A DNA stretch of 64,000 nt, from contig CAVNZM010000012.1 in NCBI GenBank assembly GCA_963693365.1, positions 744,001-808,000 of the forward strand. The letters are read 5' to 3'. Of the stretch, positions 1 through 15,458 are shown piece after piece. Origin of the DNA: Amoebidium appalachense (lineage: Eukaryota > Protista > Ichthyosporea). Position 1 is the stretch's first letter. Each line of letters begins with the position of its first letter. A program made the position numbers and the translations under genes. The notes below the pieces were generated by a model. It ran no database searches and was not told the DNA's origin. It saw only the letters and a list, made by a program, of their open reading frames with translations.

Positions 1-61
1 AGAAACCAGACTGTCATTGAGTCCTGGATCATAATGAGCCTGAGTAAGAATTCCCCCCCCC

Positions 62-101
<40 letters not shown>

Positions 102-1439
102 CCCCTACCCCATTCGGGGCCTGCTTTTTTTTTTTTTCACGTCCCCTGAAGATGGACTCTATTTATGTTGTGTGGGTTGTCTGTGTGCATTGTGTTATGT
201 TGTGGCTTCGTACTTGGTATTTTGTATCACATCCCCCCCCCCCCCCCCCCCTCCCCCCCCCTCCCCCCCTTCTCCCCGGTTCTACAGGATATTCTGCCAA
301 GTGTAGGCATGTCCCAGCCCCACCTAACTTTAACCCTTTACCGGCACAACTTCAGCATGCAGCTAAAGCCAATGGACACGTATACCGTACATGGAGCAAT
401 AATCTGCTACCACATGTGCCGGTACCCATGCACTATGCATGTGTCAAGGTTTTCACCCTTGGTGTTGTTTCAATTTTGAGTTACCACCCAATCACACCAT
501 TCAACCAGCTACCATATAAGGCTAACAGTGTGATGTGCACCTATCAGATGCGGGCATGGCCTACTGTTTTGTGATGTTGATGGTCACTGCCCGTACCCCC
601 AATGCCGACCACAAGAGCAAAGTGGCTATGATTGCCGGGGTACTCTTTCTACTACACAAGTGAGCTATCCCCCCCCCCCCCCCCCCCCCCCCCTTTCTTT
701 CCCCTTCCTCTCCAACTCTCCCCTTCCCCCTCCCCCCAGCCCGCCCCCCCTTCTCTCTAATTCCCATTCGTGCATGAATGTGTACTTTGTACTCTATATA
801 ACAATTCCTAATCTTCCCCCCCCCTCCCCCCCCCCCCCCCCCCCCCCCCCCCTCCCGGCCCTGCGCTGGGGTTTCAAACGCACTCACACAGAGCGAACGG
901 GGGATGAGGAGGGGGGGAGGGGGGGGAAGCAAGGAAACGGTGGGGGTGCAAATAGGCCACGCGAGTTGCAGATAAAGGCACTGTATATGCACATGCACAT
1001 GCACATACCACACACACTGCCGCACTCACACCTAGCATACATCCCTATTGCTACAAGCACACATATTTTCACAGGTATGCGGGTTACGGTCACACACACA
1101 AAATTGGAAGCCATTCATCACCCACACACACGTACTTTTAATGTGATACCATCCAATTCGGAAATCATGAAAGGCTCACGACTTGAGCTTTTTCTATTGT
1201 GACCCCCCCCCCCCCCCCCCTGTCTCTCCCGGCCCCCAGCCACCTGTCCACATATACAACGACGCATGAACTTTGTGTGTTCTCCCCCCTCCCCCCGGCA
1301 CGTTACAAAATCTGCAATGTGGTGTCCATCATGAATATGCAATTCTCGTGCTCCGTAACATATTCTAACCCATTCCCCCCTCCCCCCTCCCCCTTCCCCC
1401 CCACCCCCCCCCCCCCACCCACCCACCCACCCACCCACC

Positions 1440-1477
<38 letters not shown>

Positions 1478-1570
1478 CACCTCTACAGTGTGCAAATGAG
1501 CCTCTATGCCAAGTTCAAGAACCCCGCCTATCCATGGGGGTTTTTTGCCGTGAACCGGCCAGTTCAATGA
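1..1570 (+). CDS. 3' part of a spliced gene for an unidentified, probably membrane-associated protein (5' end outside window)
   Basis: GT-AG exons <1-43, 288-~386, 548-659 and 1489-1570 join in phase: ...IESWIIMSL/RYSAKCRH.../AGMAYCFVMLMVTARTPNADHKSKVAMIAGVLFLLH/NVQMSLYAKFKNPAYPWGFFAVNRPVQ*. It has two hydrophobic stretches. No family recognised, and the exon 2 donor is uncertain. Confidence 0.45.
138..232 (+). repeat. Dispersed repeat family A, copy 1 (diverged), followed by a poly-C tract
   Basis: cacgtcccctgaagatggactctatttatg...ttcgtactt resembles the reverse complement of 25443-25563 (cccctgaggatgggctctgcttattatg...ttcgtactt). A C-run starts at 233. Confidence 0.55.
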
Positions 1571-2501
1571 AAAACCAAATTCCGGCAAAAACACCGAAGA
1601 TTCAACCGCACGCCCCAAGTTGCAACCATCGTAGGATTCGGCCCCTGAGGCTTTGCGTATGCTGTCTTTTGTCGATTAGAGGGTAACGTCGTGCATGTGT
1701 ACGTGTGTGTCCGTTTGTTTTTTTGTGATCACGAGTATGTGCACGCACGTGCGTACGTGTGTTTTAAGGGGAAGGGGGGGGGGGGGGAGGGGGGGGGGGG
1801 GGGGGGGGGGGCAAACATAATATACTTCTCTAGTCACATACAGACACTATAGTTTAGGCTAGATTAAGTTGGCTTTGGTATAATATAACATATTTTAAAA
1901 AAATTATTTCATGGCGTGTGTGGGTTGGTGTGATTACAGTGCATTAGATATTGCGAATGTATGCATGACAGAAATAAACCGAGATACATTTGAAATCTTT
2001 TTGTAGTCCTTTTGTATAGAGACTTATCAACACGTCTCACGCTTGTACTTAAAAAGCTTTCGTATGGTTACTGCAGTAGTACCATAGTTACTCCGACGAG
2101 GTTGGGTGAAACATTGTTTCTCGGTACCCATATATCCAGTATTGTACTACTATGATCTTTCTCTTAAAAATCTCAACAAATAAAGCAACATGAAGATCCA
2201 ATGATTCTGTACCGGCAGGGAGCCGCATGCAGGCAATAAACTATACTATATAGTAACCCAGCCCCACACGTGCACTCAACCGTTCGCCTGACTACCAGTA
2301 CCTACGCAAAGCGTGCCACGGCATGACTCCGGGTCAAATCGCAAGGAAAACTCATGCACTGCATTGGTGATGGTACACTGTTACACCAACTCTGAATGTT
2401 TGTATGAATATCAATGCCTACTCTGCAGTACATGTCCCGTAGCGCTCGAGGGCCCAGGGAAGCCGGTGTGTATGTGTGTGTGCACGCGTGTGCGCGCGTG
2501 T

Positions 2502-2539
<38 letters not shown>

Positions 2540-2570
2540 GTGTGCGCACGCGTGTGTACATGTGCACGTG

Positions 2571-2616
<46 letters not shown>

Positions 2617-2679
2617 CGGTTTTCAAAGAGATTAATAAAACTATTTGACCATTGAAAGTGAAACAAAGGGGTGTGTGTA

Positions 2680-2711
<32 letters not shown>

Positions 2712-3375
2712 TATGTGCCTGCAACGTTTAACTTCACCGAAAATTCTGCCGATTCACGCACAAGGCGGCGTCACGCGGCAAAACTAAACTGGACTACATG
2801 CCTGTGTGCCATAAGCACACACACACCCGGAGTGAGGCGTCTGTCTGAACGTGTATCACTTTCATGTCCACGATGATCCCGTTTTCTACCGCTGCAAACC
2901 GGTAATGATTTCGGATGACGCCAAACCCCCATGGGCCGCAAGATTTTTTTTTTTTTTTTTTTTTTTGGGGGGGGGGGGAGGGGAGGGGGGGAGGGGAAGG
3001 GGAGGGGGGAGGGGGGAAGGGGAGGGGGAAAAGGGAGGGGGGGGGGAGGGAGGGTGGTAGGGGTAGCGCTTATTGATGTTCACGCTATTTCAGTGTCTAT
3101 AAGGGAAGATCCTTATTGAGAATTATAAGTGATGTGTCTAGCACACTATGGGGGGAAGGGGAGAGGGGGGGAGGGGGGAGGGAGGGAGGGAGGGGGGGGG
3201 GGGGGGGGGATGCATCATAATGTATGAAGTGGGGGAGGGTAGGGGAAGTAAGAGGGGGGGGGGGGGGGGGGTGAGTGGGTGGGTGGGTGTGAGGGGGTAA
3301 AGCAGGCATAAGAGCACGACATGTACACAACCAACGGTATGCCTTCGTTAAACTTTATTATCATTCGCGTGCATT

Positions 3376-5855
<2,480 letters not shown>

Positions 5856-6213
5856 CTGGAAAGGGAAGAATGGGTGTGTTAGAGGGTGACCAAGAAACAT
5901 GGAGGTAAGACACAGAACAAAGACATAGAAGGCAAACGAAGAGTAGCAGGATAATTGTGTTGAATGGTGCAAAGCTGGGATGCAGACCAGAAAACCAAAA
6001 CAACGAAAAAGAAGAGCGGGAAGATAAGGTGACAGGGTAAGGAAAAGCGTGCTGAATAAACACCAACATGGGCAGTATTTGAGTTATAATTAAATACGGG
6101 TTTAGAACAACAAGGCATATAGGAAAACGCCAGATACACGAAGGACTAGAGGGGGGGTGAGGGGGAGGGAAGTATGGTGGGGGGGGGATGGGGGAATAGA
6201 GTGTGTTGTTAAG

Positions 6214-6328
6214 TTAATAGCACACCTTCATAACGAACAGCACGATGCAGAGTGAAGACCACACATAGAAAGCATTCATAATAAGCAGAGCCCATCCTCG
6301 GACGGCTCCCAAGTTATCCACAGTACCG
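6214..6328 (-). repeat. Dispersed repeat family A, copy 2
   Basis: 23 bp (cataataagcagagcccatcctc, 6277-6299) are identical to 25527-25549, and atccacagtacc is shared (6316-6327 vs 25566-25577). Confidence 0.75.
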
Positions 6329-7059
6329 GGGGGCGAAAGCAGGGAAGGAAGTAGGGGGAGGGAGACAAGGGAAGAAAGGAGGTGTGTGTGTGTGTAGGGG
6401 GGGGGGGGGGGGGGGGGAGTGAGGTAGAGAACCAGAGACAGGCCGAGCGAGAGAAAGAGCGAGAGATACCTAGAGAGGGAGGTCCGAGGGAGAGAGAGGT
6501 AGGGAGAGGAAGGGGGGAGAATGGGAGAAAAGACGAGAGAGAGAGGGAGAGAGAGCGAGACACAACGACACAAGGTAGGTCCGAGGGTGGGGGGAGGGGG
6601 GGGGGGGGAAGAGGGAGGGAGAGAGGCAGAAGGAACGGACGGAGGGAGGTGTACAAAGATACCACTCGAAGAACCATGCATCAACCAATTAAAGAAAGGG
6701 GCAGGGGGGAGGAGGAGGGTGGTGGTGGTGGGGGGGGAGGGGGGGGGGGGGGAAGGAACAGAGGAAACGTGACAAGCTCGTGGCACAAGTCTCTAATTAC
6801 CACAAACAATAGCCAAAATAACGTTTGATGAAACATCCCAGCTAGTGCAACCCACATATGCATGTGCACAGGCACACACGGGGAAGAAAAGGTGAGAAGA
6901 GATGGGCGGAAGAAAAGGCTCACATCAGAAATGGGGATGCAAATGGGAGGTGGGGCGGAAGCAACACACGAGCCCTACCACACTAATATCGTAACTTCCC
7001 TATGGTGGCCACCGTTGTATTAACTTCTTTCGTACGTCAAATACTAACCCCTCGCCCCG

Positions 7060-7091
<32 letters not shown>

Positions 7092-8821
7092 CCGCCACAA
7101 AAAAGCAAAACATGCGCGCGCACACGCACAGACAGACACAGACACACACGCACACACGCACACACGCACGCGCGCACGCCCACAAGAACAACACGAAAAA
7201 AGCAACACAACACCTGTTGCGCCTGTGCCCGACACAAGGCTCTTGGGAGGGAGAATCTGGTAAATCCGTCCCACCTGAATGCAAGTATGGTCCATCGTGC
7301 AGGTGTTCCCTAAGCACAAAATAAAAACAGCGTGTTTGCAATGCAGGAGAGTTGCGCGGGTACCAAAGGGAAGGCACACCAAGAACCCAGACACAATTTT
7401 ACCACGGCAAGAGCCGATAAAACAAAATTCTGCAGGAAGAAAAACAACGAAGAAAGAAGGTGCAAGCGACATAACCAACTCACCATTTTGTCGGATATAT
7501 GGTGGCGGTCCACGTCTGTATACAAAACACTGAATGAAGCCCTCAAAAACCCTCCCTCTCTCTCTCTGCCTCTGTTCCCAGTTCTTAACTCTTGCGAGCA
7601 ACTTGCCTAACTGCGCTTGTGATAGCCAGATGATACTCCTATTTCTGTCTTCACTTCGAGTTCCGCTAATGCACACACATACCCCTCCCTTCCAACTAAG
7701 TAATGGTACTTGAATGGATCCTCTCTCTTTTTCCTTTTCACGGTGTCCTTGTTTTTCGATCCGCTTCATGAGTTTTTGGTGATGTCATCCGTCAGAAATC
7801 ATCTGAGCCGACCCGAACAAACCGATTCGGGTCAGCGACAGCCCGAATCGTTCGGAGACCCGAGATTGGCCCGGTCCGAAGGACACCCCCCCCCCCCTCT
7901 CCCAGGTTGACTTCACAGGTGGGTTCAACCCCCCCCCCCCCCCATCCCCCCCCCCTTCCACGCCACACACACCAACCCCCCTCCACCCCCTCCCGTGGAC
8001 TTTGATCTCTCTTCCCCCCCCCCCCCCCCCTCCTCCCCCACCGGACTTCATCCCCCCTACCCCCCCCATCCCCCCGAATTTCCCCCTCCCCGCCCCCTGT
8101 ACACCCCCCGCCCCCCCAGGCCTCCCCCCCCCCTCTCCCCTTCCCCACCCCCCCCCCCCCCCCTCCCCCCACCCTCCTCCCCGCTTACAGGTGCAAGTTA
8201 TGGTACATAACCTCGATGATATCACAAATATTGAACACAACATAATAAATGATTATTATCGGCCAGATAAAGCTTTTCGTATCCCCACCCTGCAAAGGAA
8301 ACTGCATGCTACGAATAGTAGAGATAGGACAGCAATATCATTCGCCAATAGAATGATAGTATTCTAAAACGAGGCTTTCGGTCCCGGGATGAGCACAATT
8401 CTCAGTTTTCAATAATTTAGAACACTACTGTCCATCGAACCAACCAAAAGTATCATATATCAACCAGAAAAATGATGGAGCCTGAACTTACAGGCACTTT
8501 CACGAAAAAAGCAATCGGACTTCTATCACATCCGAAAAGTAAAATCATGCGGCAACGTTGGCACCACACTATTGTGCTGTGTGGAGCCTCGAAATCTCAA
8601 CCGGAAAGGCGAAAATAGTGATCCTATTGAATACTCGCAAAAATATTCAAAAGCCTAAATATAATCACAACGAATTCAATAAAAGAAATTGCTTGGCAAA
8701 AGTGTTACTACCATTTTCATGCAAATAACAACAACCAGGTAGTTTAATAACCATTAAACATACGAGAAAATTCGGCGAGGTTGATCATAACACACATAAA
8801 TTTCAGTGTCGTTCAAATTTC

Positions 8822-9543
8822 TCACTGGGGCACGATCCAGGCATACAGTTTCCTCACAACCCACCGCAGAATTTTCGCGATTTTTCTGCGCGGCCACTCC
8901 GGCTTGATCAACTCCCACAGCGTCATTTTCTCCTGCCCTCCTCCACTGCTCGACCAATGAAAAGGCTTGGCTTCCTCGACCGGACCAATCACGGGAGGTT
9001 TGGCGATGGTGGGAGAGGAGGGTAAATGGACACGATCCATAAAGGGGTGTGTCCGCGCCAGGGGGTCATAAGCATCATAGTGAATGGGGATGCCGATACG
9101 CGGAGTGGCAAAATGTGAGGGCAGATGGCTGGATTCGATTGGACGAGCAGCGAGCGCCTGTTGTGCGAGGGCCGTTTCCAATTGGTCGGTGAGGCGGCGG
9201 ATTTCCCGCTGGCTGCTGTCTCGGTCTGTCTGCAGCCGATCGACCAATCGTTGAAGCCGCAGCACACGGTCCTCGAGGTCTTGGCGCTGTGCATGCAGTC
9301 GTCTGTGCAAAGTTTAGGGGATTCAGTCAGAGGCTTTTTTTTTTCCTTTTTTTGGGGGGGGGGGGGGGGGGGAAGGGGGGGGGGGGGTCTGAAAGACACC
9401 ATCAGGGCTAAGAGAGGGTAGGAGTGAGGAGTGAAGGAAATGAAGGAAGAGAGGGGAGAGCCGACATCAGAAGGGGAGGAGGGGAGAAGGGGGGGGGGGG
9501 GGAGGGGGGAGGGGGCTGTTGTGGTCAAAGCAACAAAATAGTG

Positions 9544-9575
<32 letters not shown>

Positions 9576-10459
9576 CATGAATTCGCTTGCTGTACGCCGA
9601 TTCTGATTGGTGTGACCCGATTGAATTAATAGAAATTCAAAAGTAGCCAAATTTGTCTATTTTATGACGTCATTGACTTCCTGATTCGTTTGGGCAGGAT
9701 TACGTAATTTCGTTCCGATCGCTTATTTCGGGTCAGGCTAACCTGAAAGTGCGTTGAGCCTCTGGAATTTCGAAATTTTATAGAGACGCGAATCCGACTG
9801 AATCCGGCTAAGTCTTCGCGAATCGACCTTCGCGCTATTAGTGTAGCGCCCCTGTACAAGCAGCTTTAAAGGGTGAACAAAGTCTCTGCCGATTACTCAT
9901 GTTATGTGCAATTTGCAAAACCTTCTGCCGGAAGGAAAAAGTTTCCTACTAATTGAAACCAATCCGACTTGAAACTCCAGCTCCCAATTTCACGGCAACA
10001 CCAATCAGATCAATATCTTGATTTCTAGATTATGATATTTGGTTAAAAATGACGTAACATCCGCTGATTGGCTCCGTATAGCTGAGTAAGCGAATTCATG
10101 CTGGGGGGACTGCAAGCGACAACGTTTGGACGAAAGGGAAAGGGCGGGGGGAGGGGCGGGGGGAGGGGAGGGGGGGAGGGGGGGCTGGCGGGGAAGTGTA
10201 GGTGGGATGCGGGAGGGGGAGAAAATCATCCCCAGGGAGCCCCGCGGGGGGGAGGGGGGGGGGGGAGGAGGAGGGGGGGGGGGGGGGAGGAGGAGGGGGG
10301 GGGGGGGGGGGGGGGGGGAGGAAAGGGGTTGAACCACTATTTGAGTATTCGATGCCTGAAATGATCATAATTATGACCTGATACCATAACAAAATGTGCG
10401 TGTAGGTTTGTATTTGCTTTTTTTTTTTTTTTTTTTTTCCAAAGTTTTTTTTTTTTTTT

Positions 10460-10490
<31 letters not shown>

Positions 10491-11772
10491 GGGGGGGAGA
10501 ATCGAAAATGGATTGGGAGCAGTCTGTGGCCATGGTATGGCGGGGGTCGTGTGGGGGGAAGGGGGGGAGGGGTGGGGGTGGGGGGAGGGGTTAAAGGCGT
10601 GTGTGTGTGTGTTGAGGGCCTGGGGGGGGGGGGGGGGGGGGGGGATAAACGTACTTGCCCAGAATTTCGACCTCGGCCTCCCAGTCATGGAACAAGCGGA
10701 AGATGGGCCTCAGTAGGGCACATAGCACAAACACAAGAGGGTTGTAGTGCCGCATGAAGCTGCCACACGTAATTTTCTGCATCGCCAAAAGAACCCCCCC
10801 ACCAAGCAGCGGCGCAAGAAACGTCGATACCAATGTGCGCCTCTCGACCTGTTGAAGCTGTGCAAATTGCTGCTGCTGAATTTCGCTCGAATCTGACCCC
10901 CCCGCCCCTGTTTGTTTTGCAAGGCGTAGATGCGCCTGTGCCTGTGTGTATAGATCGTCCGGTTTTCGCACCACAACATACACCCACGCCAAACTCAGAA
11001 GAAAAACGAGAAAATCCAAGACGTCGCCCTCACCCAAAACCAACGACACGATAGGTGGAAGAAGCACGTAATTTCCAACGCTCAAAAGCCCCCCCGCAGG
11101 AGCTGAATCCGCCTCCACACCCCCACTGCCCTCACCATACGCCACCTCTTCCTCCTCCTCCACAACCATATGACGAGCCGCATTTTCCCTTTCAATCCCC
11201 CCCTCACCCCTTGGTGAACCCCCCATGCTCGCACTGCTACTTGCCGATGTTGTCCGCTGGCGCCGGTACGTTCGGACAGGGGGAAGAGTGGTGTAGGGGG
11301 GTGCGGAGGGGGGTGAGGGAGACGGACGGTCTGGCGTGTGGGCGGATGAAGGGGGGGTTAGGTGTTGGATGTGAGTAAGGGAAACGGGGTTTTTTTCATG
11401 AATTTTCGTTGGAGTTTCTGTCGTAGGCGGGGTTTGATACGAAGTGGAGATTTCTCCTCCGGCATCGGCCATACCAAAATGTGCATGGGGTGTGTCATCA
11501 TACCGTGTGGCATACAACTTCTCGCCGCCATTTTCGTTAAATCCGGTATTTTTCTCACTGGAAACTGTAGCAGGGTATTTGAAACTCGAGGGTCCCTTCT
11601 CCATTTTGGGGTCTGTGGTTTGTGGGCTGAGAAAATCCTCGTCGCTTTCGAAAAAACCGCCGGTATTTTTGCTTGTGGGGGTGGGTGGGGGTTCACGTGT
11701 TCCTGAGTAGGTGGCTGCTTTTTCGGGCCCACCGTCTGAATCACTTGAACAATCACATGGGTGGTCCATCAT
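8822..11772 (-). CDS. Uncharacterised 532-aa protein: disordered N-terminus, multi-pass membrane region, C-terminal coiled coil
   Basis: Exon 11772-10655 (donor GTACGT) joins exon 9302-8822 (acceptor TGCACAG) in phase 2, total 1599 nt. Hydrophobic segments: LLPPIVSLVLG, DFLVFLLSLAWVYVVV, TFLAPLLGGGVLLA, NPLVFVLCALLRP. They are followed by the heptad region QRQDLEDRVLRLQRLVDRLQ. Confidence 0.75.
9573..10103. mobile_element. MITE / non-autonomous TIR DNA transposon within an intron
   Basis: Perfect 16-bp terminal inverted repeats CAGCATGAATTCGCTT (9573-9588) and AAGCGAATTCATGCTG (10088-10103). A second inverted pair lies at 9602-9613 and 9998-10009. No ORF, and G-runs flank both sides. Confidence 0.7.
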
Positions 11773-13624
11773 GCTTCCCCCCGACTCCCAATAATCGGTG
11801 AATTTCGTTGAGAAAAACAGATTGTGTTTTATCGTGTGTGGGTCTTTTGTTCACCGAATCACCCAACACCGGTGGTGTGTTTACAGGCTTTGTGCTTCTG
11901 AGACGTCTTGTGTGCATGTGTGTGTGCACGTGTGGAAACGTAGAAATTAAAAAACGGATGAACCCAGAGAGAGGGGGAAGTGTGTGACTCAGACAACTTG
12001 ATGGTGGTTATAGGTAACATGAGGTGAAAGAGAAACGGGAAAAGGGCCTAAAGAAATGAAATAGAAAATGGAAGAAAGTCTGAGAAAGAAACTACATTAT
12101 TCTTTTTCTCCTTGAGACTTCTTACTAATTTGCAAGGGAAATTTGAGCGCAATAATTTCTGAACCTGTGCCACGCAGTGAAGGCACGATGCGTAGATGCT
12201 CTCAAAGCGTCGTTGCTGAGCAACAGGGAGATTACATCAACAACAACAACAACAAAAAAAGACTAACCGTTTCAATGGAGGGATCCCGAACTTGCTTTGG
12301 AACTGTAACAAAACAACTTAAAATGGTAAATATCCTAACCACAAACCTCCCGACGGAAAAATGAGACCACTTAAACGATAAAGCTCTTTTTTTGACAGCA
12401 GGCCTGAGGCGGAGTGAACTGCGCAGTGATGTGTCTATCTGATTGCGCCTTGAAGGTAACGGTACCAACTCGGCAACGCACACAGGACACGTCATAAATG
12501 CATGACAGCCATACACGATACTTCCTGTGAACGTGTAGCTGTATTATAATGTACATGTACAGTGTGGTTCGCGCACACATGAATAACTCAAGATTTATAT
12601 CATATTTGTTAAGTTTATTATGCACACCATCAAACTAGCATAAAAATAGCACTATAGCACTAGATTGTCAATGTACCATTACATTTGGTGGATAGTAAGA
12701 CCAGCATAAACAGAACGGGGTGATGTGTTACAGTACTACAGCATGAACGGCATACGGCCCCCGGCCTGCATGTTCCAGTGCTCTGGCTTACGAAATTGTA
12801 AGCACATACGCGTGTGCTGCATCTGACAAAGACTTGTGACTCGGAACATGCAAGGTGGAATGAGTGCTGTTAATAGTACTACACACCCTAGCCGGATCCG
12901 GACACCTCTTCTGTCTGTGTGATATTGTATCCTCTTTTCTCCGTTTAAGTCTGAAGTCCCTCCTAGGCTTTCTTTTCTTCATCATCCTCAGGCACGCACG
13001 CACACGACCAGGAGCACACGCCACGCCACCAGAGTACCCCGGCAACCTTTGGGACCTGAAAAGAGTTAATGCTGACGCAGTGCCACGACGTAATAAGTGC
13101 TGGTGCGCACGTTCGCGGCAAAAGTGACAGCCTCACAAGCTCAGCTTGGTACGGTGACGCACACACCTGTGCTAGATCAGTGCACCAAAGCCAGTGCTTT
13201 TTGTTTACATTAAGCGCCAATCAAAGGACGGAATGTTTGCTAAATATAGTTAATTGTTAGATACTCCAATCGGAATAGAGAAGCTCAGATTGAGCATCCA
13301 ATTAGAATTCGATCTGAATATATATATACTAGTAAATACAGGTACCCCCCGCCCCGTTGGGGCGGGGCCTACATGGGACATGTGCACAGAATTTGAAGCG
13401 GAAGAGAAGAGAATAAATCCAGTCAAAAGACAGAGAAGAGAACATAGAGTGTATTTGGTGAAAATTTTATAGGCACAAGATATATCATAACATGGCAACA
13501 CTGTTGCCTGGTGGAGCTTTATTTTTGTTTGTAGGGTTTTATAGAAACTAAAATATGACGCAATGTAGCCTGCACACTTTCACTGACAGGCGCAGAAATT
13601 AATATACAGGATCCGGAACTTCTT

Positions 13625-13661
<37 letters not shown>

Positions 13662-13679
13662 ATTTACATATACTATACA

Positions 13680-14600
13680 TCATTTATGGATATATTGTCT
13701 ACTTCTCACCCAGTCCAGTCTTTCATCTTCTGCTCGTGAAAATTGGTCACAGGCCCATTCAGACATCAACCTGCCAACATTGTGGAAGTGGCTAGTGTGC
13801 AGTAGTCGTCTTGCTGCTTTTGTGACTGACACCTTTTTACCTGAAGTAGAAAAGGTATTGAGGCTCCAACCTGGTGTGCCTTGCAAAAACAGTAAAGGAT
13901 ATTGCAGTGGTTCACATAGCTCATTTAGGTAGTGAACTTGCTCGGGACGTTGGTTTGAGAATCGGTGGAACCATATTACGTGTCTTCCTGCATGCACTGG
14001 GTCCATATCATATAAGGCTGCAATCTCGGGAGCCTGGGGTGTAGCAGTTCTTCTGTTATTCCTTTGAAAGGCTACGTGAAAGTTTTCTTGGTCCGGGTAG
14101 GCTTGGCTTAGTCTGCGGAACTCAGATGCTATAGGGTTGCACTGGTACAGAGCACTTTCGAGGAGTGAAATGAAAGCTGATGACAGCGATCTTGCAGCAG
14201 CAACTGCTGCCCGTATACCTTCATAGATATAGTACCTTATATTGGAAAGACTGGTAGTTGAATCGTGCACCCTGTGGTATGACCTGCCGCATACCTTGAC
14301 AAATGAAGGAGCTGCCTGTGTAACGGTTCTTTGAGACCAGCCCATGGCTGTGAATGCAAGCATGTTGTTATATTCTCTTGCCTTTTTGGTGAAAGCAGGT
14401 GTGCTGTATAGTCGTGTTAGCTGTAAAGGGAGGGGGGGGAGTGTTGGGATCACCCATTTTCCGTTTCCACAACAGAAAGAGGATTTCTCCTCTTTTAATA
14501 GGCGTGAGGTGCAAAAACTACAGACGTTCTGTTGTGACAGAGTAACGTTTTCCAGTTTCCATTCGCTGATGTGTGCAAAAACATCTGCAGGCTCTTGCAA
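13680..14600 (-). pseudogene. Truncated Helitron RepHel N-terminal region
   Basis: Motifs CxxC..EE..CCxNGK..LPPLP, REYNNMLAFT, G-SYHR, PEIAA, PLQYPLLF-G-PGW and GRL..EW.CD.FSR.E.ERL.W.R..Q match Helitron RepHel N-termini. No HUH/Y2 or PIF1 helicase motifs remain before the 3' terminus. Confidence 0.85.
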
Positions 14601-14734
14601 CTTTTATAAGTTGTATCCTGTGTGTGTCTCTTCATACAGGATATCCAGTGTTCTGGTGTGGTTTGGCTAGAGTACTAAGTGGCGGGGTTTTAGGCGGTTC
14701 ATAAAGGGTGTCCAGATCCTTAAGTTGGTTTGTG

Positions 14735-15458
14735 TCATGGAGCAGAGTGCGCATGCATCAAATAAACCATGGCAACAGAAAAGTCCTGGTCAACCTCTTT
14801 TACTTCACCATCAACTGAACTGTACGTATAGGAGGCAGACACTTTAGGCACATATTCGCTTGTCATTAAAAACTCAAACAAAAAGGCACGCAGCAGGTCT
14901 GGCTTTTTAATGGCTTGCAGAAGATTTGCACGACCAGATTCAATTAAGGCAATTTGGTGTTGTAGGTGTGTGCCGAGTGGGTGTGCAAGTGTAAAGGCCT
15001 GACGCAAAGCCATTGTGATGTCTGGTTTTTGTGCATAGTGGTGAGAGACGCCATATGTGTTGGTGTATGACTCGTGTATGTCTTAAGCAGTGTCAAGTGC
15101 ACAGGCAGAGCATTTCTGGAGTGTGTGTGCGTGAAAATCAAGTTCCTCATTTTGTGCAAATGCTGCAATGTGTCCAAGTTTCCCACTTCCAAAAGCTTCA
15201 TACATTTCAATTCCCGCAAGGTGCATTAGAGGGCCGACAAGCGCAGGGTTGTCAAGGGAACGCCACAGCATGTGCATGCACTCAACGTCATCATAACCTA
15301 GAACTGTGAACAGGGAAACTGTTTTTTGGGAGTTGACATGTGATAAAAGAGACGGAAACGTGTAATTTGTAAAGAAAGTAGACTGTGCGTGGCACATCAG
15401 TCTTGTAATTATTCACGTCGTACTCCAGGTACGCGGAGAGTGGCGGCGTCTGCGCCAT
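14735..15458 (-). pseudogene. Disrupted ORF of unknown family upstream of RepHel inside the Helitron
   Basis: ORFs 15397-15083 and 15013-14735 are in the same frame, separated by one TAA, with open sequence between them. The upstream piece MAQTPPLSAYLEYD... is in another frame. The sequence is non-repetitive and protein-like. Confidence 0.5.

Noticed and set aside
1626-1646. 12-bp match (atcctacgatgg) to the LINE 3' UTR
   Set aside because: About what chance predicts for a window this size, and the alignment does not extend.
2050-2240. Minus-strand peptide GTESLDLHVALFVEIFKRKIIVV, vaguely OTU-protease-like
   Set aside because: It is short, has stops and lacks the catalytic Cys/His context.
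7214-7275. Possible upstream POMP exon (AG...GT bounded)
   Set aside because: No POMP-like sequence and no start codon, and POMP is already near full length without it.
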